Source of the DNA: Pecten maximus
Lineage: Eukaryota
Reading direction: 5' to 3'
Length of the DNA: 64,000 nt
NCBI RefSeq assembly: GCF_902652985.1
Contig: NC_047023.1
Span: 35,898,001-35,962,000 of the forward strand
Part shown: in pieces, positions 12,901 to 27,900 of the stretch
How positions within the stretch are numbered: position 1 is the stretch's first letter
How the letters are laid out: every line of letters starts with the position of its first letter
Notes under the pieces: generated by a model
The model's database searches: none
What the model was told of the DNA's origin: nothing
Seen by the model: the letters and a program-made list of their open reading frames with translations, nothing else
Made by a program: the position numbers and the translations under genes

Positions 12901-15900
12901 AGAACTATTTCTTCTCTCGTCGGTATAATTGACCTACTTCGAAGGTTCGGGTGATTTGGTTGAGATGTGACGATTCAAGGCAAAAGAGAAAATCAGTTTT
13001 TGATGGGGAACGATGAAAGAAAACGTCATATGATAAAAAGAATCTGTCATTCGTTTCCCTTCATGTTAGATTTATGATACTCGTTTAGAATTTTTTATTT
13101 TTGCTCGCCAGAGGCTCGCAAAAATAAAAAATTCAAAACTCGTATCATAAATCTAATATGAAGGGAAACTCATGACAGATCCTCTATGTATGATAAATTC
13201 TGTTTATTTCAATGCCTTCGCTAGGGATCAAATTCATAACCTCTGGCTTACAAGTCTTACACTCAGTCTTAGTTGTTACTTGTCACCTAGGACAAAATAT
13301 TTTTTTTTTTTTTTTTAAATATGCATCTAATGTTTCTTATTGATAGTTATATTTCTATGAATTAGAAATATGTTTGTCTTTTAGGAATTGTTGTATGCAT
13401 CGATGGGGAAGTGTAGTGGACATCGCAGCAGTGCTGGAGTGGTTCGCATGAAGATCCCTGGGACGTCCAAACTCGCTCCATTTGAACCATCTATGTTCAC
13501 AGTCACACAGTCTCTTGTGTCACTCCTCACAAGGAATGGTTGGAATCGTAAGATGTCAGAGATGTTCGCCACAGGGCACAAATGTAAATAACACTTGCAG
13601 CAAAGTATTTGGGGAGGGGGAGGTTTCATGGGAAATAGGATGTCCAATGGTTTCCCAAAGTTATTTATGCTAAGACATATATGAAGGTCTGTGTTCTATT
13701 CGGTCATGTTCAATCAGAAGCTTTGATTTATGTTTTCTTCATGTTGGCATACTCATCTAACGCAATGGTAAGTCTATGTAAGGTAACTCTTACCCCACCT
13801 AGCGGCAGGATTTATTTGTATATCAAGCTTCAACAAATCAATTGATATATTGATTAAAAAACAACTTATCAATAACCAAGATTGAGAGATTATTTAATGA
13901 CCATGATTGAGAGATTATTTATTTCATTTGGTTAAGGAATAAAATCTACATCAAAATCAACTAAGAATTATCATAACCGTAGTTTAAAAATTCATTTTCC
14001 GAGATGGTCAAATGTGTCAAGATGATGGATGAAAACATCCTACAGAACTGCTTTAATGATAACTAATTTAGTGTGGTACATTTTAGATCAATGTGCTTTT
14101 CTATGTATGCTAGTATAATCAAGCAAAATTATTACAAACTTGATATTGTGTATTTCTATTCATCTAAATGAAAAAACCGACAAAAACTGACGGGAATGAT
14201 CTGGTATTGTTGTTGGCGTTGACAGAGCTGATCTCAAAATGAGGCTATGATGTGATCATATAAACAAAGACAACAAATTTACTTGGTGTTACCTGCTTTA
14301 TTATCCAAGTCTATTACTCTATATAAAGCTAAAATACGGTCATGGATAACCAGTTTATAAAGCTAAAATACGGTCATGGATAACCAGTTTATAAAGCTAA
14401 AATACGGTCATGGATAACCAGTTTATAAAGCTAAAATACGGTCATGGATAACCAGTTTATAAAGCTAAAACACGGTCATGGATAACCAGTTTATAAAGCT
14501 AAAATACGGTCATGGATAACCAGTTTATAAAGCTAAAATACGGTCATGGATAGCCAGTTTATAAAGCTAAAATACGGTCATGGATAACCAGTTTATAAAG
14601 TTAAAATACGGTCATGGATAACCAGTTTATAAAGCTAAAATACGGTCATGGATAACCAGTTTATAAAGCTAAAATACGGTCATGGATAACCAGTTTATAA
14701 AGCTAAAATACGGTCATGGATAGCCAGTTTATAAAGTTAAAATACGGTCATGGATAGCCAGTTTATAAAGCTAAAATACGGTCATGGATAACCAGTTTAT
14801 AAAGCTAAAATACGGTCATGGATAACCAGTTTATAAAGCTAAAATACGGTCATGGATAACCAGTTTATAAAGCTAAAATACGGTCATGGATAACCAGTTT
14901 ATAAAGCTAAAATACGGTCATGGATAACCAGTTTATAAAGCTAAAATACGGTCATGGATAACCAGTTCAGAAACCCACTGTTTACAATATTAAAGTTACC
15001 ATAAAGCATTCATAATCCACAGTTTTTCAATCCGATTAAGGAAAACAATCCATTGTCCATACCCTATTCTGATATTTCAGTCACTTCCCTTCAATAGAGA
15101 ACTCTGTACATGAAATCAAGGCTGCTATGCTTTAAGTTTGTTTCCCCGATTACTTACCTGTTTATTTTCGAAATTGTCTGATGTGATAAATAAATATAAT
15201 TTCAAAATGCTTGAGCAAGTGATGGTCAATATTAAATACCACTTTAATCGGTATTATCCACAACACAGTAATTGGTCACTATTGCCAGGTTTTCTTGTCC
15301 CAACAACTCCTTCTAAACTTGTGGACCGATTGTCACAAAACTTCACAGGAATGTTAGGGAACATGTGTTAGTGTGCATGCAGCTGCTTTAATTGTGAAAT
15401 AATTTGGTTGCCATGGTAACTGGTCACTGTATACAGGTTTTCCCTCTTCGGACAACTTTTCCTTAACTTGTGGACCGATTTTCGCAAAAACCTCACAGGA
15501 ATGGTAGGGAATAGATGAGCATGCAGCTGTTTTAATTCAAAAACTTTTGTTGCTGAGTAACTAGTAGCTATAAACAGGTTTTCAATGGGATTTTTTTTTG
15601 TTGCCATGGTAACAAAGTTATACACATATTATCTCATCAGTCTTTAGGTCAATTTTATTTGAACTTGGTATTTAACTTATTAGTATGCCTGTAATTTAAG
15701 GCATCAGATGTTTCCACAACCATTACTATGGAAACATAATGAAAGTTTCTGATTGATTAAAATTAACACATGTAATTTGGTTGTTATGGTTGCAAATAAG
15801 GGGTAGCAGGGGTATTAGTTAACCATTGACTTACAGTTCAAATTGTTAAACGCTAAATAAACAGTGTTAATAATGATGTTATATGATTATCTTGGTAAAG

Positions 15901-18900
15901 AATGTCTTACCACTTGAGCCAAAATTAGCCTGTCTTTATGGAAATAAATTTGGGAAATTTTCACTTGCCATTTTCTCGATTAAATTCAGTTATACAACAA
16001 ACTGAATATTACATTTATTTTGTGTCATTTTAATACTATTGGAGTTTATTTACTCATTAAATAATTTAGTATTAACTGTTGCTCACTTAAATTGCTTTAG
16101 AATTTTATTGAAAGTCATTAATAAATTTTGTATTTCATTGACTCTTTTATAACATTCTGTATTTATATAATGCAAGATAGGTCTGTCACTGTAGTGCCTG
16201 CTTTACATTTTGTATTATGTTTCAGTCCCTGGACAAGCTGATGACCATGTAGATTCCTCTGCCCACCCAGACAGCCCCAGGGTAGTGCCCCCAACCCCAG
16301 AGGATGAGGGTATCCACCCTCTCCAACTGATAAATGCCCTGGCTGGGTGTGTCCTGTCTACCAAGGTACCCCCCTCACACAAAGAATGGGCTGTCAAGCA
16401 GCTCCTCCAGTCTCTGTCCTCACATGCTGACACCACATCACGATCTGTCAACCAAGTTGACCTTGGTGGTGACCTTCCCCACTGTCCCGTGTCAAAACTT
16501 GAAGGTCACCAGAACAGACTGGCTATATGTAAATGGAGCCAGAAAAAGTCCATGCTTGCTACAAGGTAAGATTTACAATGTGCATGTCGAACACCAAACT
16601 TTTCATATTTTTCTATAATGAACCTATATATCTGTGTTTGTTTTGTCAGAGGCCACAATGGAAAATCACATATTTGGAGTCTGTATGATTATTTGTCGAT
16701 GGATATGATGATACACTACGTATTTATGTATGTTTGTTTTGTCAGTGGCTATGATGCCACACTACGTCTTTGGAGTCTGTATTATATATGTTTGTTTTGT
16801 CAGTGGCTATGAAGCCACACTACGTCTTTTGAGTCTGTATTATATATGTTTGTTTTGTCAGTGGCTATGATGACACACTACGTCTTTTGAGTCTGTATTA
16901 TATATGTTTGTTTTGTCAGTGGCTATGATGCCACACTACGTCTTTGGAGTCTGTATTATATATGTTTGTTTTGTCAGTGGCTATGATGACACATTACGTC
17001 TTTGGAGTCTGTATTATATATGTTTGTTTTGTCACTAGCTATGATGACACACTACGTATTTGGAGTCTGTATTATATATGTTTGTTTTGTCAGTGGCTAT
17101 GATGCCACACTACGTCTTTGGAGTCTGTATTATATATGTTTGTTTTGTCAGTGACTATGATGACACATTACGTCTTTGGAGTCTGTATTATATATGTTTG
17201 TTTTGTCACTAGCTTTGATGACACACTACGTATTTATGTCTGTTTTGTCAGTGGCTATGATGGCACATTACGTATTTGGAGCCTGCCTAACAAGACACAC
17301 CAGTTCCTACAACAAACATGTGTATTTAACCGCGGTGAAGATCTGTCTGGGGAAGACTTGGATGGTCACCTGTTAGGCAATGTCTGCTGGAGTGCTAATG
17401 GCCGCTTACTTGCAGGGTCAATGGACAATCTTGTTAATGTCTGGGGAACTGGAGGTAAGTCAGCTTGTGTTTTTCTTTTAAAGAATTTAACAAAGATGCC
17501 CAGAATGTACAGCTATTAAGTTCTTCTGAACAGTATGCAGTTGAAACTGTTAAAGTCTTTAAATACTTCTTCAGAATAACCAATAATATTAGAGTCATAC
17601 TTCTTCAGAATAACCAATAATATTAGAGTCTTACTTGACCAGTATCATGATGAGGTGAAGGGCCATCAAGTTCCTGAAATGAATGGCATTGAGCCACATT
17701 CAAGGTCAGAGGGGTGAAATGTTTTAAATATTTCATTGATTTTTGAGTAACCAAGAGGTATTTTGGTAACACATTTGTTCAGAACTTTTTAATTGGTTTC
17801 TTTTGAATCATTACAGTTTTAGTGATATAAGAGAACACATTCTATTTAATGTGAAAGATATAGTATGAGCATAAATTAATGAATTATAGGTGCAGAATGA
17901 AATGTGCTATTTCCTATTGGTGCCTAGATTTTATGGCCTCTTAGCCCAATAAGCCACTTAGTGAAGCTATCCACTTTGCGCCCTGCTGTTGCAATCTTCA
18001 TCATTATGATTTCTTCTGAACAATCAAGAAGCCCATAGTAACAACATCATCTCTTCATAAGCTACTACAATAGTACAGGGGAAAATACAGGTCCATTGCT
18101 ATCATAAATGAGAATGTTTTGTCTTTTTTGCTTACTACAGGTACTTTGTACCTCTTGTTATGATTGTACACAGGCTCCAAGGGTATCTTGGATGTTCAGT
18201 GCCACTGGGTGTCGGCCCTGGCCTGGCCCACTCATAGAAGTATGGTTGGTGGTTGTCTTGGTATGACCGTAGACATCCTCCTTGTGGGCAGACTTGATGG
18301 TTCCATTGCTGCAATCGAGATTCTTGGGGGTTCAAGCTTCAATCGCAAAGAACTGGAGCACTGCAGGCGTAAATCAGGTAAGTGATATATTAAGTGACTG
18401 TATTGTTCGCATTAAAAGTGGAATATAAATTTTGTAAGCTGATAAAGTATGTATTGTATAATGTTGTGTATTGTTTTATGTTCAATTTGGTATTTATAGA
18501 GGATATGTGTTGTATGTTGTTCCTTTTGTCAAATACATGTTTCATTTTAACATCTTTAATTTGTTTGTATAGGTAGAACATTCTTCTGAATCATATGTTT
18601 GTCATCATTCTCCTTCAGTAGCTGTGACTATGCTGGCATGGTTTGATGAAGACAGAAACTTTGCGGCAGCATACAGTGATGGAGTGGTCATTATTGCTAA
18701 CCGCTCGGACTTTGAAACTCCAGTCACTGCAGAGGCTCACCAGGTAGAAGTTTTCACATGTAGAAAAAAAATCTCGATGTTAAGACTTGGTGTTTAAGCA
18801 TTCAAAGCTATACAATCCCTGTTAAAATAACTATTGTGATATCAATAAGTAATTAACATGTAAACCTGAACAATTCTGTAACTCCAGAATTCTATCAGTG

Positions 18901-21900
18901 GTCTGTCCTGGGACCCCACTGGTCATCTACTGCTGACCTGTGCAGAGAAGGACAACTGTCTGAAGGTTTGGCTGCCTGGACGGGAGGGATTATCCTTGCT
19001 CTACGTTTTACCTGACTCAGCTCCAGTCTGTTCAGCCCTGTGGTGCAGCATTCCAGGCAAAGGGGAGACTAAACACCTGTTGTTGTCAAGGTAATATAGG
19101 TCATTTATACACGGGAGACTAAACATGTTGTTGTCATGGTAATGTAGGTCAGTTATATAGGGGAGACTAAACACCTGTTGTTGTCATGGTAATGTAGGTC
19201 AGTTATATAGGGGAGACTAAACACCTGTTGTTGTCAAGGTAATGTAGGTCAGTTATACACGGGAGACTAAACACCTGTTGTTGTCAAGGTAATGTAGGTC
19301 ATTTATACACGGGAGACTAAACACCTGTTGTTGTCATGGTAATGTAGGTAAGTTACATAGGGGAGACTAAACACCTGTTGTTGTCATGGTAATGTAGGTC
19401 AGTTACATAGGGGAGACTAAACACCTTTTGTTGTTTTAAAAGTTCATTGCTGTTCAGTTTAGTGGTCAGGGGAACCAACAAATAGTATCAAATATTTGCA
19501 CATACCAGTTGTTGTTTTTTGGTTGCAGTGGTAATGAGGCCGGAGTGGTGTCAATGTGGACAGTGCCACAGATCCAGTCGACCAGTCAGACACAAATCAC
19601 ACCCTTCGGTATCAGAAGGGAGACAGTGTATGAAGTTAGTATTGTTGTGTGAAGTTAGAGCTTTCTGGAATAGGGGTTTTTGTTGGGTTTTCTTTTTCAT
19701 GTTCAAACTGGGCAGTTAAAGAGAGATAAATCCTATTGTATTTCTGATGGTAAATAAAAACTTCAATTAAACCAAATGAATTCAAATTTTCAAAATATCA
19801 TATTAAACAAACTATGAATAGTGCTAATTCATATTTTCCTTCTAATAAGACATGAATATTGATGAAGTAACCTTAAAATCTAACAGAGAATTTATTGTGA
19901 GCACTGCTCATTATCTCTAGATTCCAATGAGAATATAACGACCAGTCTATAATGTTGATACAGAATCAGGACATGGAGTGTATGGAGGAGGTGAGAACTC
20001 TTAAACCCGTGAGGATTTTACAGGGACATATGACCTCTGTAACCTCCATGACCTTCAGCCCTGATGGACTTATGCTGGCCTCAGGATGTACGCGGGGATG
20101 GGTCAACATCTGGTGTCTTTCTGTGAGTAGTTCTGGTACTAAGTCCAGGCTGAATTGTCAACTTTATGATCTAACACCTGCCTCATAGTAATCAGGTTTT
20201 GGATTTCAGAATCAGTCATACTTTTATTTGTTTGCCTTTCTAAGTACATTTAACAGTTTCTGTTAATTCATGTATGCTGTAGTTGAATTATATATCATTC
20301 AACTTTAATCCCACTACATGTTTTCTAGAACATTTTGCCTGATACAAAACAATGTAATATTGTGTTGTTTGTACTTGTGATTGTTTTACTGACAACTTGG
20401 AGATAAAATGGCAGTTAACATTGGGAATCTCAGTGTTGTTTGTGGTCATGATAAAAATGCAATGATATATATTATTATTAAACACTGTTGTTTATATGGA
20501 GGTAATGACCCAATAATTAAAGTCAGTTGCACCATGTGACCATTTGCTTCGCTGGATTGTCCTTATTAGGAACAGCTTGCTTTGATGATTGTACCAGGGT
20601 ACATGAATGAAGAACAGGGTGATCGTATATCTGAATGGCTATTTTCCATCAACAGGAATCAGAATTTTTTATAGTGAGATAATAAATGTTGCTCATTGTG
20701 AAAATTAATTGTGATATTTCTACAGGATGGCTGTCTACTACAAACACACATAGAGAATGGAATGGTCAATGATCTCTGCTGGTATGCAGACTATGGACTA
20801 GCTGTTTGTTTCAATAGAATTAAGGTCAGATATCACATATTAATTAACTTTCATATTAATAATATTTAGATTTTATATGTAATTTATTCTCAAATAAGCC
20901 CTTTCCCAAAATGAGAAAGTGTTTAAGCATGGGGAGGGCTTATTTGTGAACCAATTTTAGCTTATTATTGTATCTAAAATAATGATTATTTTTAAAAGAA
21001 GAAGGGGCAAGGGCTTATTTGTGGGTAGGGTCTTATTTGCTGATAAATACATATACATGACTATATTGTATATTATAAATTTGCACTTAATTATCCGGCC
21101 AATTAATGCAAAGGAGAATAGTAAAGTGTACTCCATTTGCATATTTCCAGAGTAAAAGGTGACCTGCCTCATGGCTCACTTGATATGATAGACTACTATG
21201 AATTTTAATGGATTACTATAATAACAAAACTGATTGATTGGCAGGATGTAGTGATACTACACTATACAGCTGAGCTCCATCAGAAGTCACGATGTGTTGC
21301 CATGGCCAGAAAGAAGCTCAAACAGCAAGGCATTGTGGGATTGAACCAGGCTCCTTGCCTTCAGAGCCTTCTACAACAGCTGCCAACTATGTTGCACGAC
21401 CAATATCTGTATGAAAAGGTACTCGGTCTTAACTAGTTCTCCATTGTCAAATTAGTGTTTTAACTCGTAATACAAACATAGATAATAAATATGTGACTTA
21501 TACATCAACACAGAAGTTATTTTTGATCACATGTTCAGATGCTAGTCAGATAGTAACTGTAGTCTTGTAATTTATCAAGTTTTGAATATGTCTTTTTCAG
21601 CCAATCGTGATGTTCTGATACATGAATTTCTCAGCTTCTGCCGATTTTGTTGTTGTCAATACATAGTATTTCTGTATCAGCCAATCAGCCCACATACATT
21701 AATTTTGTCTACACCAGTACTTGTCCTGTTTCACCCAATAATTGTGTCAAATATGTTACTTTGTAAATTTGTTTCACTCATTTAGGGAGTGAAATTTTTT
21801 CTTTGAGCCAATCATAGTCTCAGATACATTTCTGTAATTTATTTCAGCCAATCATGGTCTTAGATACATTTCTGTAATTCATTTCGCCCATCATGGTCTC

Positions 21901-24900
21901 AGATACATTTCTGTAATTTATTTCAGCCAATCGTGGTCTTAGATACATTTCTGTAATTCATTTCGCCCATCATGGTCTCAGATACATTTCTGTAATTTAT
22001 TTCAGCCAATCCTGGTCTTAGATACATTTCTGTAATTTATTTCAGCCAATCATGGTCTTAGATACATTTCTGTAATTTATTTCAGCCAATCCTGGTCTTA
22101 GATACATTTCTGTAATTTATTTCAGCCAATCCTGGTCTTAGATACATTTCTGTAATTTATTTCAGCCAATCATGGTCTCAGATACATTTATGTATTTTAT
22201 TTCAGCCAATCGTGGTGTCTGGCCAGCAGCTAGTACACAGTTCCTACCTACAGTGTCTGGCTACCCTAGGGGTGGGGCTGTCTATAGAGTATGTACTGTG
22301 TCACAATCAGACACTGTTACATCACCAGCACACTTCAGAAGGTAAGGGTGACCTGTAGGATGTCTGTTTGGGGAAGTATTTAGTACACTCAACAAATCCT
22401 AACACTTCTTCTCTGGAGACGAAACCATAAATCATAGAGTGAAAGAATATGAAGACTTTAATTTCTATACAAATTTTTTTCAAAAAATCAATGTTTTTCT
22501 TTATTTACCAACCATGATATCTTTGCCTTCCTAATTTTGTAACGTCTTGAAACACAAGAAAACCTATATATAACCCCTACCCTGACAACTATAGTAGGTA
22601 CCACCGGTATAATTGTCCTCAGGAACTTGTCTGTTGATTTCAATGTTTACAAAAATCCTTACAAACTTCTTGGAATTTCCATAGGAGATTGCTCATGTAT
22701 ATTCTCTACATCATTTCACCACCGATGAACATCTTCATTTCTCAGCATTCCTTTGACATCCTATCATTGAGGATAAACATATTTGTGTACCTGGTGAGCC
22801 TTTATTTCCAGACCAAGATCTACTGGTACCAGAGTGGCAATGGCTTCTCTCCTTCTCTGCAGCCATTAAGTCAGCTGATGCACTTAATCGACGAGCACCG
22901 TTTCCAGACTCCTTCAAAATCCTCAATAAGGACACCAGAAACGGAGGATCAGTTCCTATGGTAACACTCCTCATTTACAGTACTGCTGACTTGTGTATTT
23001 ATCCTATAATAAGCCGAGGGGACCAACACATAAACTTGGTGTAGGCAGAGGGTTGTTCATGACAATTATGATGAAATTGATTTGTTGGCATTTTTATGGA
23101 ACATACATGGGTGAGATTAAAAGCTGCGGCAGTCTTTTTTCCAAGGCAAAATCTGTAGATGCCAAACATTTTTATTAGCAACTTATTAATAAGAACAATA
23201 AAAGGATATTTATCAAGGAGTTACCAGGAGAGGGGTCTTAAAATTATTCTTTTGCGTGAATTGAAAAAAAAAATTCAGTTTTGTAATAAGTAACATTTGC
23301 TTTTCTTCTTGACATGTTTTCTGCCTTGAAAATAAATGTTACAGTCTTAGACTAGCCCGTGTTCGATTTTGTAAAAATGGGGTAAGCTATTGCTTTTTAA
23401 TGTTTCATAATTCAGAGAAGAAATGCTCATATTATATTTATATAGTATTACATAATGTCCGGAATGGATAGTTCAAAACGAATTATAGTTGGGTTTATTT
23501 GTATCAAAATTCACAAGATCTCATCTACTGGATATTACAGGACAACGGTTGCTGGGACATAAGTATGGACACTCAGATCTTGTTGTGGGCATTACAGCGC
23601 CCTGAGGACTGGCAGCTCGGGGGCAAGTGTGAGGTATTCCTTTGGGGCAGTGGGCGCCACGGCCAGATCTGTGAGGGCGGTAGAGCCTCCTTTGTTCCCT
23701 CCAAGGTGTCCTCATTCTCATGTGCACAGAAGGTAACTACACACCTGACGTATCTTGTAAATGTTTACCATGATAAGTAATAAACATCCTAATGGCTTCT
23801 GTAATAGGATTTTAACCAAGTTAGATATGGAGTATCCTTGTGGGTACTTAACATGGTATAATTGGAGGTTATTTATGCATTAAACTGTTGTCTTTGGAAA
23901 ATTATGGTCCTTTAATTTCCACAGGATTTCAGACAAATTAGTCTTTAATGAATAATGCACCTTAACTCGCTATGATTAATTTGTCTGAAATCCTGTCAGA
24001 AATATGGGACTAACTTTTCAAACAAGGCAGTTTTTAGCTCGTCTCTTTGAAGAAGTGGGAGAGCCAATATATTCACGGTGCTGTCGGTGTTGGTTTTCCA
24101 ACTTAAGTTTTTGGTGCAAGTGTTGAAAGGCATCAACACATCACATTTTAATTGTACTAGCTAGGGTACTGATATTTGACATTAGGCTCCCTGTGGGGTT
24201 GTACTATTCACTCCAGGCGTAAAACTAAGGGATTTTTAGAAAAAAATATCCTGCTTTATGACATGTTTTGGACTTCGACATGTTTTACTTTTTTGAAGAT
24301 ATCATCGATTTTTCAGCTTTATATATGATGTACAATATTAAGGTTGAGCATCACAAATTTATTCTGTCAAGTACACAATATGAATCCTATTGTTTGTTTT
24401 TTTTACTCTGATAGCATGAATTTTCATGATGACAAAAATACGTACCCTTGCCAGTAATGTAGTGATGTCAGACAAAACAACGTCATTTAGTGACCACATC
24501 AGAACATTGTTCTTCATATCACTACACAAATGGAAATTCTGAGAGAATTATACCTCTAATAACTTTCCCCTTTGTTTGGTAAGGTATAGTGAAAATGTGG
24601 AGCAGATTGAAATATATATAGATCTAGTCAAGATTCAGATTCTGTAAAATCCTTTTTCCATTCATTGTGTGGATTGAAGGATTATGACTAAGACTTGGAG
24701 CATGATTTTTGGTATGAACGATACAGACCTTTGGGCCTCTTGTTTTAAACTTTCCATGTACCTTTTGTGCTACAGTCATGTAACTTTCTTGAATGAAGCC
24801 TTATAGTTTTGTTAAGAAATGACCTTGAACCTTATATTCAAGGTTACAGGATCAGTTTTGTTTAACACTCAAACAGCTTCTTCTGATTGAATGATGAGCC

Positions 24901-27900
24901 TGCAGTAATGATATTGGTTGGGAGCTTCTTACGATGAAGTTCAATTAAGTTTTTAAATTAGAAAAGAAATGATCTTGATTGACCCATATTCTAGGTGGCA
25001 CAAGACCCAAATTTGTTAAAACACTCACATAAGTGTTTTCTGATCAATTGTCTAGAATTATAACAACAGAATTTTAACATATTATTTATTGGACAATTTG
25101 TATCACAATGAAAATAATGCCATGCTTTTTCAGGTGGAATGTGGACAGAACTGCACATTTGTGATCCAGAATAATGGTACAGTGCTGGCCTGTGGGGAGG
25201 GAAGTTATGGTCGTCTGGGGCAGGGTAACTCGGATGATCATCATGCCCTTACCGCCATCTCCTCACTTCAGGGTTAGTAAGCTGCATATACCTATTACAG
25301 TAAATGTATCTCATATATACATTTTAAATCACCATATATATGTCAGATATGTTCATAGTATCATAATTAATCACCATACGACTTAGAACAGGGGATTTAG
25401 TGTCCTACATGTCACTGAGTACTATGTTTTTGAGAAATGTGAGTTATTAGAATATGATCTAATTTTTGTCTTGACTGCAACATAAAGTTGTGAAAGTGGG
25501 ATTACAGTGTTAATTTTCCAACAGCATCATCCTCCTTAACAAGTTTAGATCCATTGCTCAAATGTGTATATTACATAGTCGACATCTCAGCACAACTTTC
25601 ATTTATGGAATAATCCAGGAATTCATGATCCAGTGACTCTGAAAATAAAGGATGAAAAGTCTTTGATATGCTTCACCAGCATTGTTTGCCTGTGTGCCGT
25701 CAGTGAACTTATCACATTCCAAACTTCTTATCAAGTTCAGCCAGTGGGATTCAGCTCTGGTCTTGACCAAGTTTTGTTATTTTTCGGGTTTGTTCAAAAT
25801 CTAATATGGCTGTCATGGAAGCCATCTTGAAAAGCACAATTCAAACTTTTTCTCCAGTTCTGTTGGTGCCGTTGAGCTGAACATTGGTGGGGATGTTAAG
25901 ATAGGGGGAGCCAATAAAATGTTGCTATTTTTCGACCTGGTAAAAAAATGTTTGCCTAAACAACACCTATTTTTAACTTCTCAATTTCAACCCATAGTAT
26001 TCAACTCAAACATGCCTAAAATGATACTGAGATGGTCCAGACAAAGTGTTGTTATTTTTGTGTTAGTCAGAAATCCAATATGGTACCATGGCAACAGTAC
26101 CACTATACTTGCTACTGATTATGTATTCTACAAGGTCTTCTTTCCTTTTCCAGGGTTTGTAGTGATACAGTTAGCCACCTCTGTGGGGTCAGATGGTCAC
26201 AGCCTCGCTCTAACGGAGAGTGGAGAGGTATTTAGCTGGGGCGATGGTGACTATGGCAAATTAGGACATGGAAACAGTGACAGACAGCGGCGTCCACGAC
26301 AGATAGAGGCACTACAGAGGGAGGAGATAGTACAGGTAAGCCATATCTGTATACTAGTATTAGGTACTTTCATTAGCTGGTTATATTCAAAGAACAAAAT
26401 TATATTTTTATTTCCCTATATTTCTGGTCATTCATCAAAGCATGAAAACAATGACCCATCAAATACTTACATATACTGGTACACACAAATGTATATATTA
26501 ACTATATATTAGATATGATCTGATTAGTCTCAATTTTCATTGGCTAAAACATGGTCATGTGAAGGTCAACATATTGTGATATTAACCTGTTGTTTCTGTT
26601 TCCAGAAATACCAGTCAATATTGTGTTTATGATGTCATAATCATAGTGATGTCACAATGAATGTCCCAGTGTTTTCCTGTTATCCAGATGAATATAATAC
26701 AATTCCACCCTTTTGCAAACAAGTTTCATATCTAGTATAAAAGTGAAGGATCTTTGATTCAGTAAATATGGTGTTATACTGGCAGGTATAATCTAAATAT
26801 TGACCTCCAGCTTTGCTGTCAGTTAATATTTATTCTACCAGGCTAGTATAACACCATATTGACCTCCCCAGAGGTCTATAATTGATAATTAGCAGCAGCA
26901 TTATGTTTGCTTTAAATTTAATGCCTGTGAATTAGGTCGAACTGGGACAACCACTGAAAATTTATCTCATGAAATTTAACAGCTATAGAGTATGAACAGA
27001 TTGTTTTATTAAAAGCTGAAATTATTGATTATTGGTCTTATCTTATGGTTCTTGTTTCATCAGGGTATGAATGAGTACCATTTACAACTGTTTCAATCTC
27101 CATATAGTTTATAGATACAGAGCTGGTACAGTAGAACATGCCTATCCATACCACTCTGGGAAACAAATATGTTTCAATGATATATTTCCCGTTCAGAAAT
27201 GATGTTAAAAATATTTAGATATTTTAAGTAAATCTGTATAACTTACCAGTATATTGTGTATTTAATTGTAGCTTTCCTGTGGGTTTAAACACAGTGCTGT
27301 AGTGTCAGCCGATGGGAAATTGTTTTGTTTTGGAAATGGAGAGTATGGACGGCTGGGACTAGGCAATATCGTCAACAAGAAGATTCCACACCGAGTCACA
27401 GCACTAGATGGTTACCAGATTGGATATGTAAGTTTGTTAAATTTCTCCCTAATGTGAAGAATTGTTAACCTCTCCTAATTGTAGATGATGAATAATGTTG
27501 AAAAAATACAGGTTACAGGTAGTGAAATCCCCTTTAGTTTGCCGGACCGAAGTCCAGGGGAGATATTGCTATACCCCCAGCCTCAGTATCTTTGGCATCA
27601 ATAGACAGCTAGGTTGAAGGTTTTGTGTCACCTTTCAGCGGATGTCCAAAGGCAGCAGTCATGGCATAAATAATGTTGAGGTTTTGTGTTTAGCTCTGTT
27701 TCTGACAAAGCTAGATCAGCAAAACCTCAATCATTGATGTAGCATGGGTAATAGAGCCTACTACACTTTCTACATTTTTGGGGATAAAACTTCAAATTTC
27801 TGGACTTTGGAAAAAAAATCAAGAATGTTTATTGTGTTTAGCTCTTGCATATTTGGCTGTTTCTGACAAACTTTAAAAGCTAGAGCAACAAAAGTTAGGA

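Noticed and set aside
19921-19963. Acceptor at 19920 as exon start
   Set aside because: It is out of phase with the preceding exon and has a TGA in the WD40 frame; 19963 fits.
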